From a virus (Duplodnaviria; Caudoviricetes), in the IMG/VR virus record IMGVR_UViG_3300044821_000052, positions 1 through 55,891 of that record: a stretch of DNA of 55,891 bases; one strand, written 5' to 3'. Under the pieces are notes generated by a model. That model worked only from the letters and a program-made list of their open reading frames with translations. It made no database searches and was not told the origin of the DNA. A program made the translations under genes and the position numbers. The stretch's first letter is position 1. Each line of letters starts with the position of its first letter. Shown here piece after piece: positions 1 through 10,200 of this stretch.

Positions 1-219
1 CGTGCGGCAGTATCGTCACGGGCGCAGGTTCTTCGATGGTAGTCGCCGATGGATTCATCTCGGTCAAGACCACTCCGCAGTATGAGGATGGTACTGAGTT
101 CCTGCAGAAGCGCGCTGATGGCATTCTGTGTGTGAACCAGAAGGACCCGGGGCAGCTGAAGCGCGTGCAACTTGAGGCTCTCTTCTGTGTACTTGATCCC
201 GATCTTCGTGTCATGGTTG
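1..219. repeat. Terminal direct repeat, copy 1 (matches 55673-55891); circular/permuted assembly overlap
   Basis: 1-219 equals 55673-55891 except pos 44 C vs 55716 A and pos 92 T vs 55764 C; the repeat falls inside the major tail gene. Confidence 0.95.
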
Positions 220-614
220 ATGGTGCACGACTTCTCACTACGGGTGGCGTGACTGGTACTGGTGCGGTCTTTACGGATGCATTGAACACCAACCGATTCT
301 CGCTTGAAGTTTGGCAGAACGTCACTGGTCGTAATGCCTGCAATGCGTCTGGCCAGCAGCAGTATGTGTACTGGTTCTATCCGAACCTGGGCAACCCGGT
401 GGTGCAGGACTTCACGCAGGACAACAACGCTTTGCAGTGGCATGAGACCATGGAGTCCATGGGTATCGGTACCAGTTGGGGTGCATATCCGACTGTATTG
501 CCTCCAAGTACGTATCTCGGAAGCAACACGCTAGTTGCTGGTGACCATTACGGTTATAACATCACGTCGACTGCTCCGCCGACCGCCTCCTGTGGCGCGG
601 TTACAGTATCGTAA
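1..614 (+). CDS. Major tail protein, 3' part (gene starts at 55612 and crosses the junction)
   Basis: Frame continues from MVSQCVTPIKGRVIRVMKLDTCG at 55612; follows the capsid genes; resembles actinophage tail tube proteins. Confidence 0.75.
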   Translation, partial: CGSIVTGAGSSMVVADGFISVKTTPQYEDGTEFLQKRADGILCVNQKDPGQLKRVQLEALFCVLDPDLRVMVDGARLLTTGGVTGTGAVFTDALNTNRFSLEVWQNVTGRNACNASGQQQYVYWFYPNLGNPVVQDFTQDNNALQWHETMESMGIGTSWGAYPTVLPPSTYLGSNTLVAGDHYGYNITSTAPPTASCGAVTVS

Positions 615-646
615 CCAAACAGGTACTGTAGCGCCCAGCGGGGGCA

Positions 647-690
647 CACGAACCGGATGTCGGGTAGTAACCTCCCGGGTCCGGTTCGTG
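647..690 (+). terminator. Hairpin / probable terminator after major tail gene
   Basis: CACGAACCGGA(647-657)/TCCGGTTCGTG(680-690) perfect 11-bp stem. Confidence 0.55.
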
Positions 691-723
691 CGTATTTAGA
701 GGATGTTTAGACAGGGAGCGTTA

Positions 724-1008
724 ATGCCCATCATCGTGCAACTGGGTAACCCCACGCCAGTCCAGATCATCGGTGCGGATCGTCGGCAACTTGGTTTCGA
801 GTCCATGACCGAAGTCCACGTGCCAGATGCTACGCCATTAATGACGGCACTAGGTGAGGTAACCCATATCAGTTTGTGGACCGCGCATTCGGACGACAAG
901 ACACCATCCTGGGTTGCCTGCTCTGACGACACATTCGGCAAGATGCTTGCCAGCCACTGGGGCATCGAGCTTCGTCCCTTGAAGGGAGTGACCGGAGATG
1001 CTAACTAA
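724..1008 (+). CDS. Hypothetical protein (virion module)
   Basis: AGGGAG RBS before ATG 724; overlaps next start. Confidence 0.6.
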   Translation: MPIIVQLGNPTPVQIIGADRRQLGFESMTEVHVPDATPLMTALGEVTHISLWTAHSDDKTPSWVACSDDTFGKMLASHWGIELRPLKGVTGDAN

Positions 1009-1390
1009 CGCCGGCAAGGACATGGTCGCTGGCCAGGTCGCTGGTACCAGCGCCCAGCCGGCCGCCGCGAACTACATCGCGCTGACGGCCAACTCATCCG
1101 CAGCAGTCAACACCGACACCACGCTTACTGCGGAGATCACCACGGCAGGTGGCGGACTGCTTCGTGCGCAGGCCACGTACGCGCACACCGGTGGTACGTC
1201 CACATTCACACTGACGAAGACGTTCACCGCGAACGGATCGGACTCACTGCCAGTCACGATCGCGAAGATCGGTGTGTTCAACGCGTCGAGCAGCGGCACG
1301 ATGGCATTCGAGACGCTCCTGGGTACGACCGCCACACTGTCAGCTTCTGGTGATGCCGTGACAATCACCGAGACGGTAACCCTCTCCTGA
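998..1390 (+). CDS. Small Thr/Ala-rich virion/appendage protein
   Basis: MLTNAGKD..NYIALT..KIGVFNASSSGTM pattern typical of phage fibre-base proteins; GGAG RBS. Confidence 0.6.
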   Translation: MLTNAGKDMVAGQVAGTSAQPAAANYIALTANSSAAVNTDTTLTAEITTAGGGLLRAQATYAHTGGTSTFTLTKTFTANGSDSLPVTIAKIGVFNASSSGTMAFETLLGTTATLSASGDAVTITETVTLS

Positions 1391-1403
1391 TCGGGGACTA
1401 GCT

Positions 1404-1937
1404 ATGCGGCAATACTGGGCCGCGCAACTCGGGCCGCTGCACCTGGCGTCCGGGTCGGCGTTGGCATCCTCGACCACGTTGACGGACGTCAGCCCGACTC
1501 CTCCGATCCTTATCCCGTCGAACCTGCTCGACGTCGGCATGGAGATCGAGCTGTGCGCCACGCTCAACTTCAGCACGACCGGCACACCGACGCTGCTGGT
1601 CGGCTTCTACCACAACGGCGTCGCTAACACCGTCATCGGAGCCACGTCCGCCGTGACCACCGGTTCTGGCGCAGCGGCATGGCCAATCGAGATGTACTGG
1701 CGTGGCCGGGTCCGCAGCATCGGCACCTCCGGCACCATCGTCGGCAAGGGCCACGTGAAGTTCGGTACGGCGCTGACCTCGTACAGCGTGCGACCCATCC
1801 CGGAAACGTCGGCTGGTCGAACCGTCACGATCGACACCACCACGGCGAAGTCGGTCACCGTCGGCGCCCAGTGGGGCACCAGCTCCGCATCCAACACGAT
1901 CACCTGTGATGACATCGCCGTACGTATATGGACCTGA
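1404..1937 (+). CDS. Beta-rich virion/appendage protein
   Basis: 177 aa, Thr/Gly-rich, GC-rich codons, within the structural operon. Confidence 0.55.
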   Translation: MRQYWAAQLGPLHLASGSALASSTTLTDVSPTPPILIPSNLLDVGMEIELCATLNFSTTGTPTLLVGFYHNGVANTVIGATSAVTTGSGAAAWPIEMYWRGRVRSIGTSGTIVGKGHVKFGTALTSYSVRPIPETSAGRTVTIDTTTAKSVTVGAQWGTSSASNTITCDDIAVRIWT

Positions 1938-2004
1938 GCCGGACCAACACCATTGAGGACCTACTAGCCGCCGGGTCTACTAGCACGAGCATCTGAGGTG
2001 AGCC

Positions 2005-5000
2005 GTGGCTATTGTCTTTGATGCATCCAGCCCGGCGATCGTCACGGCGTCTGTTACCTCGCCAACACCGCTCACGACTGCGGCGTTCACTCCACCCGCA
2101 GGTGCCATCCTTGTAATTGCCTGGGCTGGTGACTCATCGGCTTCCGGGGTACCCGGACCGACGATCGCAGATAACCTTGCGTCGCCTCTGACGTACATCC
2201 CGTTGGATTGGCAGTCCGTAGCTGACTCACCCAACGTCGGTGGTCAGGCAGCGATGTGGGTCAGTTCACCAACGCAACATCATTCGATGACCGTGTCTGT
2301 CACGAATGGGGACACCGGTGGCAATGACTCCGGTGCGCTCAAGGTGTGGGTACTAACTGGCGCCCTTAACACGGGTGTAGTCACCATTAAGGGCGGATCG
2401 AACGCGACCACCAACGTTATTGCGCAAACCTATACAGCACAAGCCACAGGCGGCATGGGGTTTGTTGTCAACTGCGACTGGGCAGTCGCTGGCGCAGAGA
2501 CTGCCGGAACTGGGTTAGGTTTCACAGGTAGTGGCAACGTTGGTACACATATTAGCTATTTCTTTGGTCATCGAACGAATGCTGATGACATTGTTGGCGC
2601 CAATAACACAATCAATGTCACGTTTCCCAACTCGTCAGTACAATCTAACTATGTAATAAGTGAAATCATACCGGCGGACTCGCCCACCGCCGGCCCGTGG
2701 ACTGACTACACCCCCGGTCGGGGTGGTCCAACCGGATCTGCCGTTCCATTCTTGGGCGACTCGAGCGTGGTCTCCACCTCCAACTTGACCAACAGCGCCG
2801 CCGCGGACAGCTTCACTACCTCGGACACCTGCGCTGCGTCGGTTGCGCTGGGTAGCGCGCCGAGCGATGCATTCACTACGGCTGATGCCGTCACGACGAC
2901 CCTGGCTGACGCGCGGAGTATCACGGACTCGGTGACGTCCTCGGACTCGCCAACACGCGCTGTGGCTACTCCACGCGCCTCTGCTGACGCGCTTACCACC
3001 GCGGACGCAGTAACCCGCGCCGTAGGCACGCCACGTGCGACGACGGACGCGTTCGTTACTTCTGACGCCCTGACGCGCTCACTGGCGCTGTCGCGTATGT
3101 CTAGTGATGCGTTCATGACAAGCGATGCGGCCACACGCGGTGGTGTCGTTGCCAGTCGCGCAACCGCTGACAGCACCACCTCGACGGACGTCGGCGCCAA
3201 ATCAGTTACGCTGGGTCGCTCGGCTAATGACACCCTTGCCACCGCCGACTTGCCGACGCGCGCCGTGGTCATCTCACGCGCCGCCACCGATTCCGTCACC
3301 TCGGCCGACACCCCGACCCGCACCGTCACATACCCTCGCGGCGCAGCGGACAGCGCCACCGTCACTGACGGCGGTAGCCGGTCGGTTACGTGTCTGCGAA
3401 GCCCAACCGACGCGGTCACCCTTTCCGGCGCGGTCACCGCGACCAGTACTCACTCCAGGGCCACGACCGACAGCGTGACCATGAGCGATTCTGGCGTCGC
3501 CCAGCGGACCATCATTTGTACGGCCAGCGACAGCGTCACGGCTTCCGCCGCGGCAGCGGTGGCGATTGCTCAGGCCCGCGCGATCGCGGACGGCATCACC
3601 AGCAGCGACGCCGTTGTACGGAGCGGCACGCTCATCCGGGCACCCTCTGACACCGTCCACCTCGTCGACGGTGCTGCCCGCGCCGTGGCTACTCCACATG
3701 CAACTGCAGATGGATTCACAAGTAGTGATGTGCCAACGCACACGACTGCATTCACCCGAAGTACTGCGGATGGACTCACAAGCAGTGACATAGTGTCGCA
3801 TGTGACTGCATTTGCTCGTAGTGCCACTGATGCATTCACGACTGCTGATGCTGTTACTCGGTCATTGACTTGTCCCCGCGGGCCAACTGATTCGATTACT
3901 CTCGGGCAAGCAGTCAGCGCAACATCAGCATACTCTCGACCTAGGTCTGATAGCATCACTCTTGCTGATGCTGTCGGACATACTACTATATACCCACGTA
4001 CCTCTGCTGATTCCATTACGCAGGTTCAGACACTTTCTCGGCAGACTTCAGTCGCCGCTGGTAGTCTTGACACAGTCGGTCTGGCAGATGTCGCTACGCG
4101 GGTGTTACTGCTTTTGCGTGGGCAATCTGGTGCAGTAACATTTACTGATGTTGGAACTGCTGGTGCGCGTGCGATATATGCCGCAACTGACACGGTTACT
4201 CTCACAGATGCTGTCAGTCATGCTTCTACATACATACGTAGTGCTACTGATGCATTTGCTATCACGGATGTTGTCACACAGGGTGCCAATCACAGTCGTA
4301 TTACATTTGATACACTAACCCTATCAGATGTTCGAATCTTTTACTATGGTAGGTGCAGGCATCCCATGAACATTTCGCAAGGCAGCAATGCAACACTTGA
4401 GGCTTCCTTCATCCAGTATGGCACTGGTGCGCAGATCAATGTCACAGGGTTGACAATTCAGATTGTGCGCGTAGTTGACGGCATAACAGTGCTAGGACCT
4501 ACCAGTACTGGCGTGCAGCAACTGGCAACGGGTCTCTATGCATATATATGGTCGGTACCAGTTAATGCCCAACTAGGCGACTATGCTGCCATCTGGGCTG
4601 GTGATTACCTGGGCCAACCGATGCAGGTGGTAGACACACTTGCCGTTACAAGCTTTGCATCGAATACGGGTCAGAACTTGGTTGGGCCATCTGCACCGTG
4701 GCCGGTCACCTGGACCTGCGACCTTAGTGCGTATTCACCAGAGATCACTGGTGTTGCACTTCAGGCTGCAACAGAGATCCTGTACTCGCTGACTGGGCGA
4801 CGGTACGGCACAACCCAGATGACGATTCGTCCATGTCGTCGTGGGCAGTTCGATGCCATGTACCCAGGCGGTGGCAACTGGTGGATGTGGGGCCAATGGC
4901 CACGCCCACTCTTTTACAGTGGTGTGTGGTACAACATCACATGCGGAAACTGCACTGGTGGAACTTGTTCGTGTAATTACATCGATGAAGCATGGATGCC

Positions 5001-5469
5001 ATCACCAGTATCAAGTGTTGATGGTGTCATGGTCGATGGTGTTGCACTGAATCCATCTGCCTACCAACTTCGTGACTACCGGTACCTACAACGTATCGAC
5101 GGCAGTAACTGGCCATTGTGCAATGACCTGACGAAGAGTGACAGTAACGTCGGGACATGGTCTGTCACACTGACGCTGGGTGAAGCAGTCCCTCAGATGG
5201 GCCAGATCGCCGTCGGAGAGCTGGCATGCCAGTTTGTCAAGCTGCTGGCCAACGACTCGTCCTGCACGCTTCCTAAGCCAGTACAACAGCTTGTCCGGCA
5301 AGGCGTCACGATGAACTTCTTGGATCCTAACCAGATCTTCGCCAATGGACGTGTCGGGTTGTACATGTGCGACATGTTCATCGCATCGCAGAATCCACAT
5401 GCATTGATGGAACGTGCTCGTTCGTACGATGTTGATGGTGATGCCTATTCAATCCTGGGAGGGCCGTAA
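2005..5469 (+). CDS. Fibre-like protein (N-terminal beta domain + ~26 x 20-aa Ser/Thr/Asp repeats) in frame with an Ig-like domain and head-to-tail adaptor; probable internal start at 4366
   Basis: Repeat consensus xRxxxDxxTxxDxxxRxxxx; C-terminal ATEILYSLTGRRYG..IRPC and RQGVTM motifs typical of actinophage adaptors; AGGTG 10 nt before in-frame ATG 4366. Confidence 0.7.
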   Translation: MAIVFDASSPAIVTASVTSPTPLTTAAFTPPAGAILVIAWAGDSSASGVPGPTIADNLASPLTYIPLDWQSVADSPNVGGQAAMWVSSPTQHHSMTVSVTNGDTGGNDSGALKVWVLTGALNTGVVTIKGGSNATTNVIAQTYTAQATGGMGFVVNCDWAVAGAETAGTGLGFTGSGNVGTHISYFFGHRTNADDIVGANNTINVTFPNSSVQSNYVISEIIPADSPTAGPWTDYTPGRGGPTGSAVPFLGDSSVVSTSNLTNSAAADSFTTSDTCAASVALGSAPSDAFTTADAVTTTLADARSITDSVTSSDSPTRAVATPRASADALTTADAVTRAVGTPRATTDAFVTSDALTRSLALSRMSSDAFMTSDAATRGGVVASRATADSTTSTDVGAKSVTLGRSANDTLATADLPTRAVVISRAATDSVTSADTPTRTVTYPRGAADSATVTDGGSRSVTCLRSPTDAVTLSGAVTATSTHSRATTDSVTMSDSGVAQRTIICTASDSVTASAAAAVAIAQARAIADGITSSDAVVRSGTLIRAPSDTVHLVDGAARAVATPHATADGFTSSDVPTHTTAFTRSTADGLTSSDIVSHVTAFARSATDAFTTADAVTRSLTCPRGPTDSITLGQAVSATSAYSRPRSDSITLADAVGHTTIYPRTSADSITQVQTLSRQTSVAAGSLDTVGLADVATRVLLLLRGQSGAVTFTDVGTAGARAIYAATDTVTLTDAVSHASTYIRSATDAFAITDVVTQGANHSRITFDTLTLSDVRIFYYGRCRHPMNISQGSNATLEASFIQYGTGAQINVTGLTIQIVRVVDGITVLGPTSTGVQQLATGLYAYIWSVPVNAQLGDYAAIWAGDYLGQPMQVVDTLAVTSFASNTGQNLVGPSAPWPVTWTCDLSAYSPEITGVALQAATEILYSLTGRRYGTTQMTIRPCRRGQFDAMYPGGGNWWMWGQWPRPLFYSGVWYNITCGNCTGGTCSCNYIDEAWMPSPVSSVDGVMVDGVALNPSAYQLRDYRYLQRIDGSNWPLCNDLTKSDSNVGTWSVTLTLGEAVPQMGQIAVGELACQFVKLLANDSSCTLPKPVQQLVRQGVTMNFLDPNQIFANGRVGLYMCDMFIASQNPHALMERARSYDVDGDAYSILGGP
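2788..4332 (+). repeat. Degenerate 60-bp (20-aa) coding tandem repeat, ~26 units
   Basis: e.g. PRASADALTTADAVTRAVGT / PRATTDAFVTSDALTRSLAL / ARSATDAFTTADAVTRSLTC. Confidence 0.85.
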
Positions 5470-6020
5470 TGCCAAACGTGATAACGAATACCGCGATTTG
5501 TGACACTGCTTCCCAGTTGGTGACGGGTATCGGCGCTGCAATCAACGCTGCACAGGCACCTGATGATGTACTGCAACGAGTGCTCTTTCAGTATGGTGAT
5601 GTCGCCTGGGACAACTGTGAATGTGGTTTGTTGACCCTGGGCATTAACCGCGTATTCACATCGCGTGTGTTCCCGACAGATACGTCGCGAGAGCGCATGG
5701 GCAACTGTGACGTCGGGTACAAGGTAGTGGACGCATCACTCTACGTGATTAGATGTGTTCCTATCGAGGGTGATGACTCCAACAATGCACTTGTCACTCC
5801 ACCAAAAATCAGTGACATGGAGAACGCTGCATATCGCGCATTCACTGACGAGAATGTCGCATGGAAGACATTAAGTTGCATGCTTAGGTCGATGTACCAG
5901 ACAGACCAGATCGCCGAATGGTTAGTGTCAGACTCGGTTCCATTGGGTCCACAGGGTGGTTGCGCAGGCGTTCAGATTAACTTCATGTACGCGTTTATGC
6001 GAGATTGTGAATGTCCGTGA
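5469..6020 (+). CDS. Probable tail terminator / head-tail joining protein
   Basis: Lies between adaptor and gp10-like gene; WDNCECG and GPQGGCAG motifs. Confidence 0.55.
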   Translation: MPNVITNTAICDTASQLVTGIGAAINAAQAPDDVLQRVLFQYGDVAWDNCECGLLTLGINRVFTSRVFPTDTSRERMGNCDVGYKVVDASLYVIRCVPIEGDDSNNALVTPPKISDMENAAYRAFTDENVAWKTLSCMLRSMYQTDQIAEWLVSDSVPLGPQGGCAGVQINFMYAFMRDCECP

Positions 6021-6021
6021 C

Positions 6022-6465
6022 ATGGGAACTGCCAGTGTGTCCAGTACATACAATGCTGCCGCTGTACGGCAGCTTCTGACTAGCCCCAGTGGTGGCCTGG
6101 TCAAAGATCTGATGCGCCGTGGGTTATTGGTTGAGTCAGCTGCAAAGCGGAACCTCAGGTCGTCTCCCACCCGCGTCAACACTGGGCGCCTTTCAGGATC
6201 TATCACAATGCGTGTCGTGACAGTCAATGGTGCACCAGCAGTTCGCATTGGCACATCAGTCAAGTATGCCATGTTCGTGCATCAAGGCACTGGAGTATAT
6301 GGCCCAGCTGGGCGCATGATTCACCCTGTCAACAAGAAGGTGCTGCGCTGGCGTTCACGAACTGCATCTGGTAAGAAAGGCAAGGGCTACACTTTCTCAA
6401 TGTATTCACGAGGCATGAAGCCTAATCCATTCTTGAAGAATGCACTCAAGGCCGCACGAGGATAG
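6022..6465 (+). CDS. HK97 gp10-like tail completion protein
   Basis: VNTGRLSGSI, YAMFVHQGTG, GMKPNPFLKNAL motifs. Confidence 0.8.
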   Translation: MGTASVSSTYNAAAVRQLLTSPSGGLVKDLMRRGLLVESAAKRNLRSSPTRVNTGRLSGSITMRVVTVNGAPAVRIGTSVKYAMFVHQGTGVYGPAGRMIHPVNKKVLRWRSRTASGKKGKGYTFSMYSRGMKPNPFLKNALKAARG

Positions 6466-6539
6466 ATTCAAGAATACCTATATGTCCTTTCTGCCGTATA
6501 TGATAATAGTAAGTGTTACCACCGTTGCGGAGGAAAGTC

Positions 6540-6992
6540 ATGCCAAACAGTAATGGACTTGTTGAGATCAAGGACTTTGAATTTAGTCCTGACCCCAAAC
6601 GATTCCGCATGTACAAAGATGATGAATTCATCTTCGAGGCGATGCCAGTCATTCCAATTGGTCTGCTTGACCGACTGAAGAATTTGCGCAAGATTACTGC
6701 GGACTCTGATGACTCCGCGGAGATGGTTCTTGACTTCTTTGACCAGGTGCTGCTACCCGGGTCATCCATTGAATTGCGCAAGCGTGCGACTGAGCCCAGC
6801 AAGTTTCCATTCGGGATCAACCACATGCAACCCATCATGGAGTGGTTGATGGAGGCGTATGGCATGCGCCCTACACAGCCGTCATCGGACTTCTCCAGTG
6901 GCTCGGTGACGGAGCAGTCCTCTATGAGTTTGACGGATGGTGCACCAGTCGAGGAATCGACCCCTGGGGGCTCCCTGCCCACCGTTGCTTAA
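6540..6992 (+). CDS. Tail assembly chaperone (short form)
   Basis: GGAGG RBS before ATG 6540; upstream of tape measure; low-complexity tail after YGMRPT. Confidence 0.75.
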   Translation: MPNSNGLVEIKDFEFSPDPKRFRMYKDDEFIFEAMPVIPIGLLDRLKNLRKITADSDDSAEMVLDFFDQVLLPGSSIELRKRATEPSKFPFGINHMQPIMEWLMEAYGMRPTQPSSDFSSGSVTEQSSMSLTDGAPVEESTPGGSLPTVA

Positions 6993-7222
6993 ATCTCATT
7001 TACGTCTTTGCTCAAGAACAAATTCGAGCGAGTGTAACTGAGGAGCAATCGAGTCGTCTTCAACAGTTTCAGGACCGCTGCACTGGGGCATTAACAACTT
7101 ACCGTACGAAGATTGAGATATTACGTAATGGCCAGCAGATTCGGCCACCGTCATGGTGGGTTGATGATGACGAAGCATCTGCATCGTCTATGGTAGCAGT
7201 TGCAGAGCTAACCGGGGGCTAA
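6869..7222 (+). CDS. Tail assembly chaperone, -1 frameshift extension
   Basis: Overlapping -1 frame ORF (track 6842-7222; FDGWCTSRGIDPWGLP..LNLIY) ending 1 nt before the tape measure gene. Confidence 0.65.
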   Translation, partial: PYTAVIGLLQWLGDGAVLYEFDGWCTSRGIDPWGLPAHRCLNLIYVFAQEQIRASVTEEQSSRLQQFQDRCTGALTTYRTKIEILRNGQQIRPPSWWVDDDEASASSMVAVAELTGG

Positions 7223-7223
7223 C

Positions 7224-10200
7224 TTGACTGACATTGATACCGCGTCAGTACTCATCGTACCCGATCTTAGTAAGTTTGATTCGGAGACGCGTGAAGGTGT
7301 CACCAGTGGCCTTGCTGACATTGAACCAGCGGTCCGCGAGATGGTGGATGCAATTGAACGTGCATTCGCTGATCTCGCGGACCAGATTCATACTGACCTA
7401 CAAGACATCAAGATAACGATTCAGACTGATCTTGTTGATGGTGTTGAAGCGGCCATCTCAAGCATGGCTGAAGATGTTGACAAAAACTTCGCAGATATGG
7501 CAATGACAGCAGATACGACATTTGCTGAGATCGCGGTATCAGCGGCAGATACAGCTGCAAGTAGTAGCGCAGCACTGGTACTTGGTGCTGACGATGCAGG
7601 CAAATCATATGAGGCACTTGCTGTTAAGGCAAAGACATCACTTGACTCAATTGGTACTAGTGCCAAAACTGCAGGTGAAAAGACTAGTACTGGTATCTCC
7701 AGTTTCCTTGGAAGCGCTGCACTCCTGGGTGGCGTTATGGCTGTTGGAACTGGGCTAGCGTCTATCACGAAGTCTGGTCTTACTAGTGCAGCTAATATCG
7801 AGCAGCTTAAGATTTCGTTTGACCAGTTAACAGGTAGTGTGCAAGCTGGTGATAAGCAGTATCAAGACTTGGTCAACTTTGCTGCTGTAACACCATTCCA
7901 AATGCAGGATATCTCAGCTACTGCCCAGCGGTTCGATGCATTCTCTAAAACTGTAGGCATGACACAAAGTGACTTAATTCCATTCCTTACCACGATGGGT
8001 AACGTGGTATCTGTTACAGGTGGTGGTGCTGAACAATTCAACCAGGTGTCACATGCCATGGGTGAGATGGCATCACGTGGCAAACTGACATTGATGAATC
8101 TTAATGAAATGTCAGGTGCCATGCCTGGCTTCAATGGTGCACTTGCCATTGCGAATGTCACAGGTAAGACTGAAGCAGATGTCCTAAAGGAAATTTCTAA
8201 GGGGCAAATCAGTGCCAAGGATGGCATGGCTGATTTGCTTAAGGGAATGCAACAGTTCCCTGGTGCCGCTGGTGCAATGCAGAAGCAGAGTGAGACACTT
8301 AAGGGTGTCTTCTCAACATTCAAGGACGTTGTCGCTCAGAACCTTACTGGCGCATTCGCGACAAGTATTCCAGAAATTAAGAATGCCCTAGTGCAAATCA
8401 CACCAATCATTGGTGATGCACTTGCAAAAATCGGTCCGCAGATTGGTAACATTCTTTCATCACTGATGCAGTTCGCTGGGCCATTAGTGTCAGCACTATC
8501 GTCCATTTTGACCCCGCTACTGGGTGCACTCGCCACAGGCCTTGGGCCTATTGGTGCGGTACTCCAACCCCTAGGTGTGGCACTTGGCCAGGTTGCAACA
8601 GCTATTGCACCAGTTCTAACAATGGCCGGGCAGCTTGTTGGCGCACTAGGCACTGAACTAACACCAATCATTGCATCATTGGCACCGGCACTTTCAGGGC
8701 TAATGACTGGTCTTCAACCAATCGTGACTGCGATGCTTCCCTCGTTTAGTCTCATGGGGTCGACGCTTGGCACAGTGCTACTGCCAGTTATGCAGGCACT
8801 GGGCAAGATTTTTGCGGTGCTTGGGCCGCCAATTGGGCAACTTGTTTCATTACTGGGACAAGCATTGTCACCGATTCTTGGCGCGCTCGGTCCAATTGTC
8901 GAACAACTACTTAATGCACTTTCACCACTGTGGCCAGTTATCGCACAATTAATTGCGCCAGTTGGGCAGTTACTTGTCGCATTCATGCCATTGATTGACA
9001 TTGTTGCACAACTGCTTGTTCTTGCGGTAGACATTGCAGCGCCATTCATCAAGCTAGCTGCGGTCTTAATCAAGCTACTTACATCTAAGGCAATTGCACC
9101 ATTGCTGAAGATGATTGCTGATGCCCTGGGTTGGGTACTCAAGTGGCTTCAACCAGTTGCTGGTTGGCTTGAAAAGGTCGATGTCTGGTTCAACAAGTTG
9201 AATTGGGGAAAGATTGCTTCAGCAATTGGTCATGCGTTACTTGATGCATGGAAGGCAGTATCAGGATTCTTCAGTAAGTTACCTGGTGAAATATGGGGAT
9301 GGCTTACGTCTGTTGGTGACACTATTGGGAAATTTTTCTCAGCACTTCCTGGTAAGATCTGGGGTTGGCTTGTAGGTATCGGTGATGCTATTGGCAAATT
9401 CTTTGCATCACTTCCAGGATTGTTATGGAAGGGATTGCAGGCCATTCCTGGATTGATTGCTACAGCGGTTCAAAGCTGGTTCCATACATTCTTCTTTGGC
9501 ATCGGGTATATGATTGGCGGAATCTACCTAGCGTTCACAAAGTTGCCAGTAATGATCTGGCATGTCATTACTGATTTGTGGACAACTGCATGGAATCTAT
9601 GGGTCGCTGGTGCAACTGCAATATATAACTTCACGATGTCAATTCCAAGTCGCATTAGTGCGATATGGACATTCTTGAAGACTGCTATCATTGGCATCAT
9701 TCTTGACTTGTGGCATGGTGCAATTAACTGGTGGAATCAGTTCAAGTCCGACATTGAGAAGATTTTTGACGACGCCAAGAATGACGTCATTAACACAGCT
9801 AAAGATTTGTACAATGGCGTGCTATGGGTCTTCACTGTATTGCCCGGCAAAGTGCGAGACTACGTCGTTAAATTGTGGGATGATGCAAAGACGTTATTCC
9901 ACGATGGCGTACGTGATGTAACAAACTTCATGAATAACCTGCCATCCAATGCCTCAAAGGCAATGAGTGACATGTGGTCCGCGATTAAGAGCGCACTTGG
10001 TGATGTCGGGAGCTGGTTTGAAGACATCGGTAAGAACATGCTTAAGGGCCTTATCAATGGTGTTAAGGCTGGACTTAATGATGCTATTGGCGCTGTGAAA
10101 AGCGCTATGAATGACATTGTTAAGGGTGCTAAGTCCGCACTAGGTCAACACTCACCATCAAAAGTCTTTGCTGAAATAGGTAAGATGACTGTTGCTGGAT

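Noticed and set aside
1-219. Biological direct terminal repeat
   Set aside because: Falls mid-gene, far from the terminase region; best explained as assembly overlap
2788-4332. CRISPR array or DGR-like repeat
   Set aside because: Periodicity is conserved at protein level only; no identical DNA repeats with spacers, and no reverse transcriptase seen
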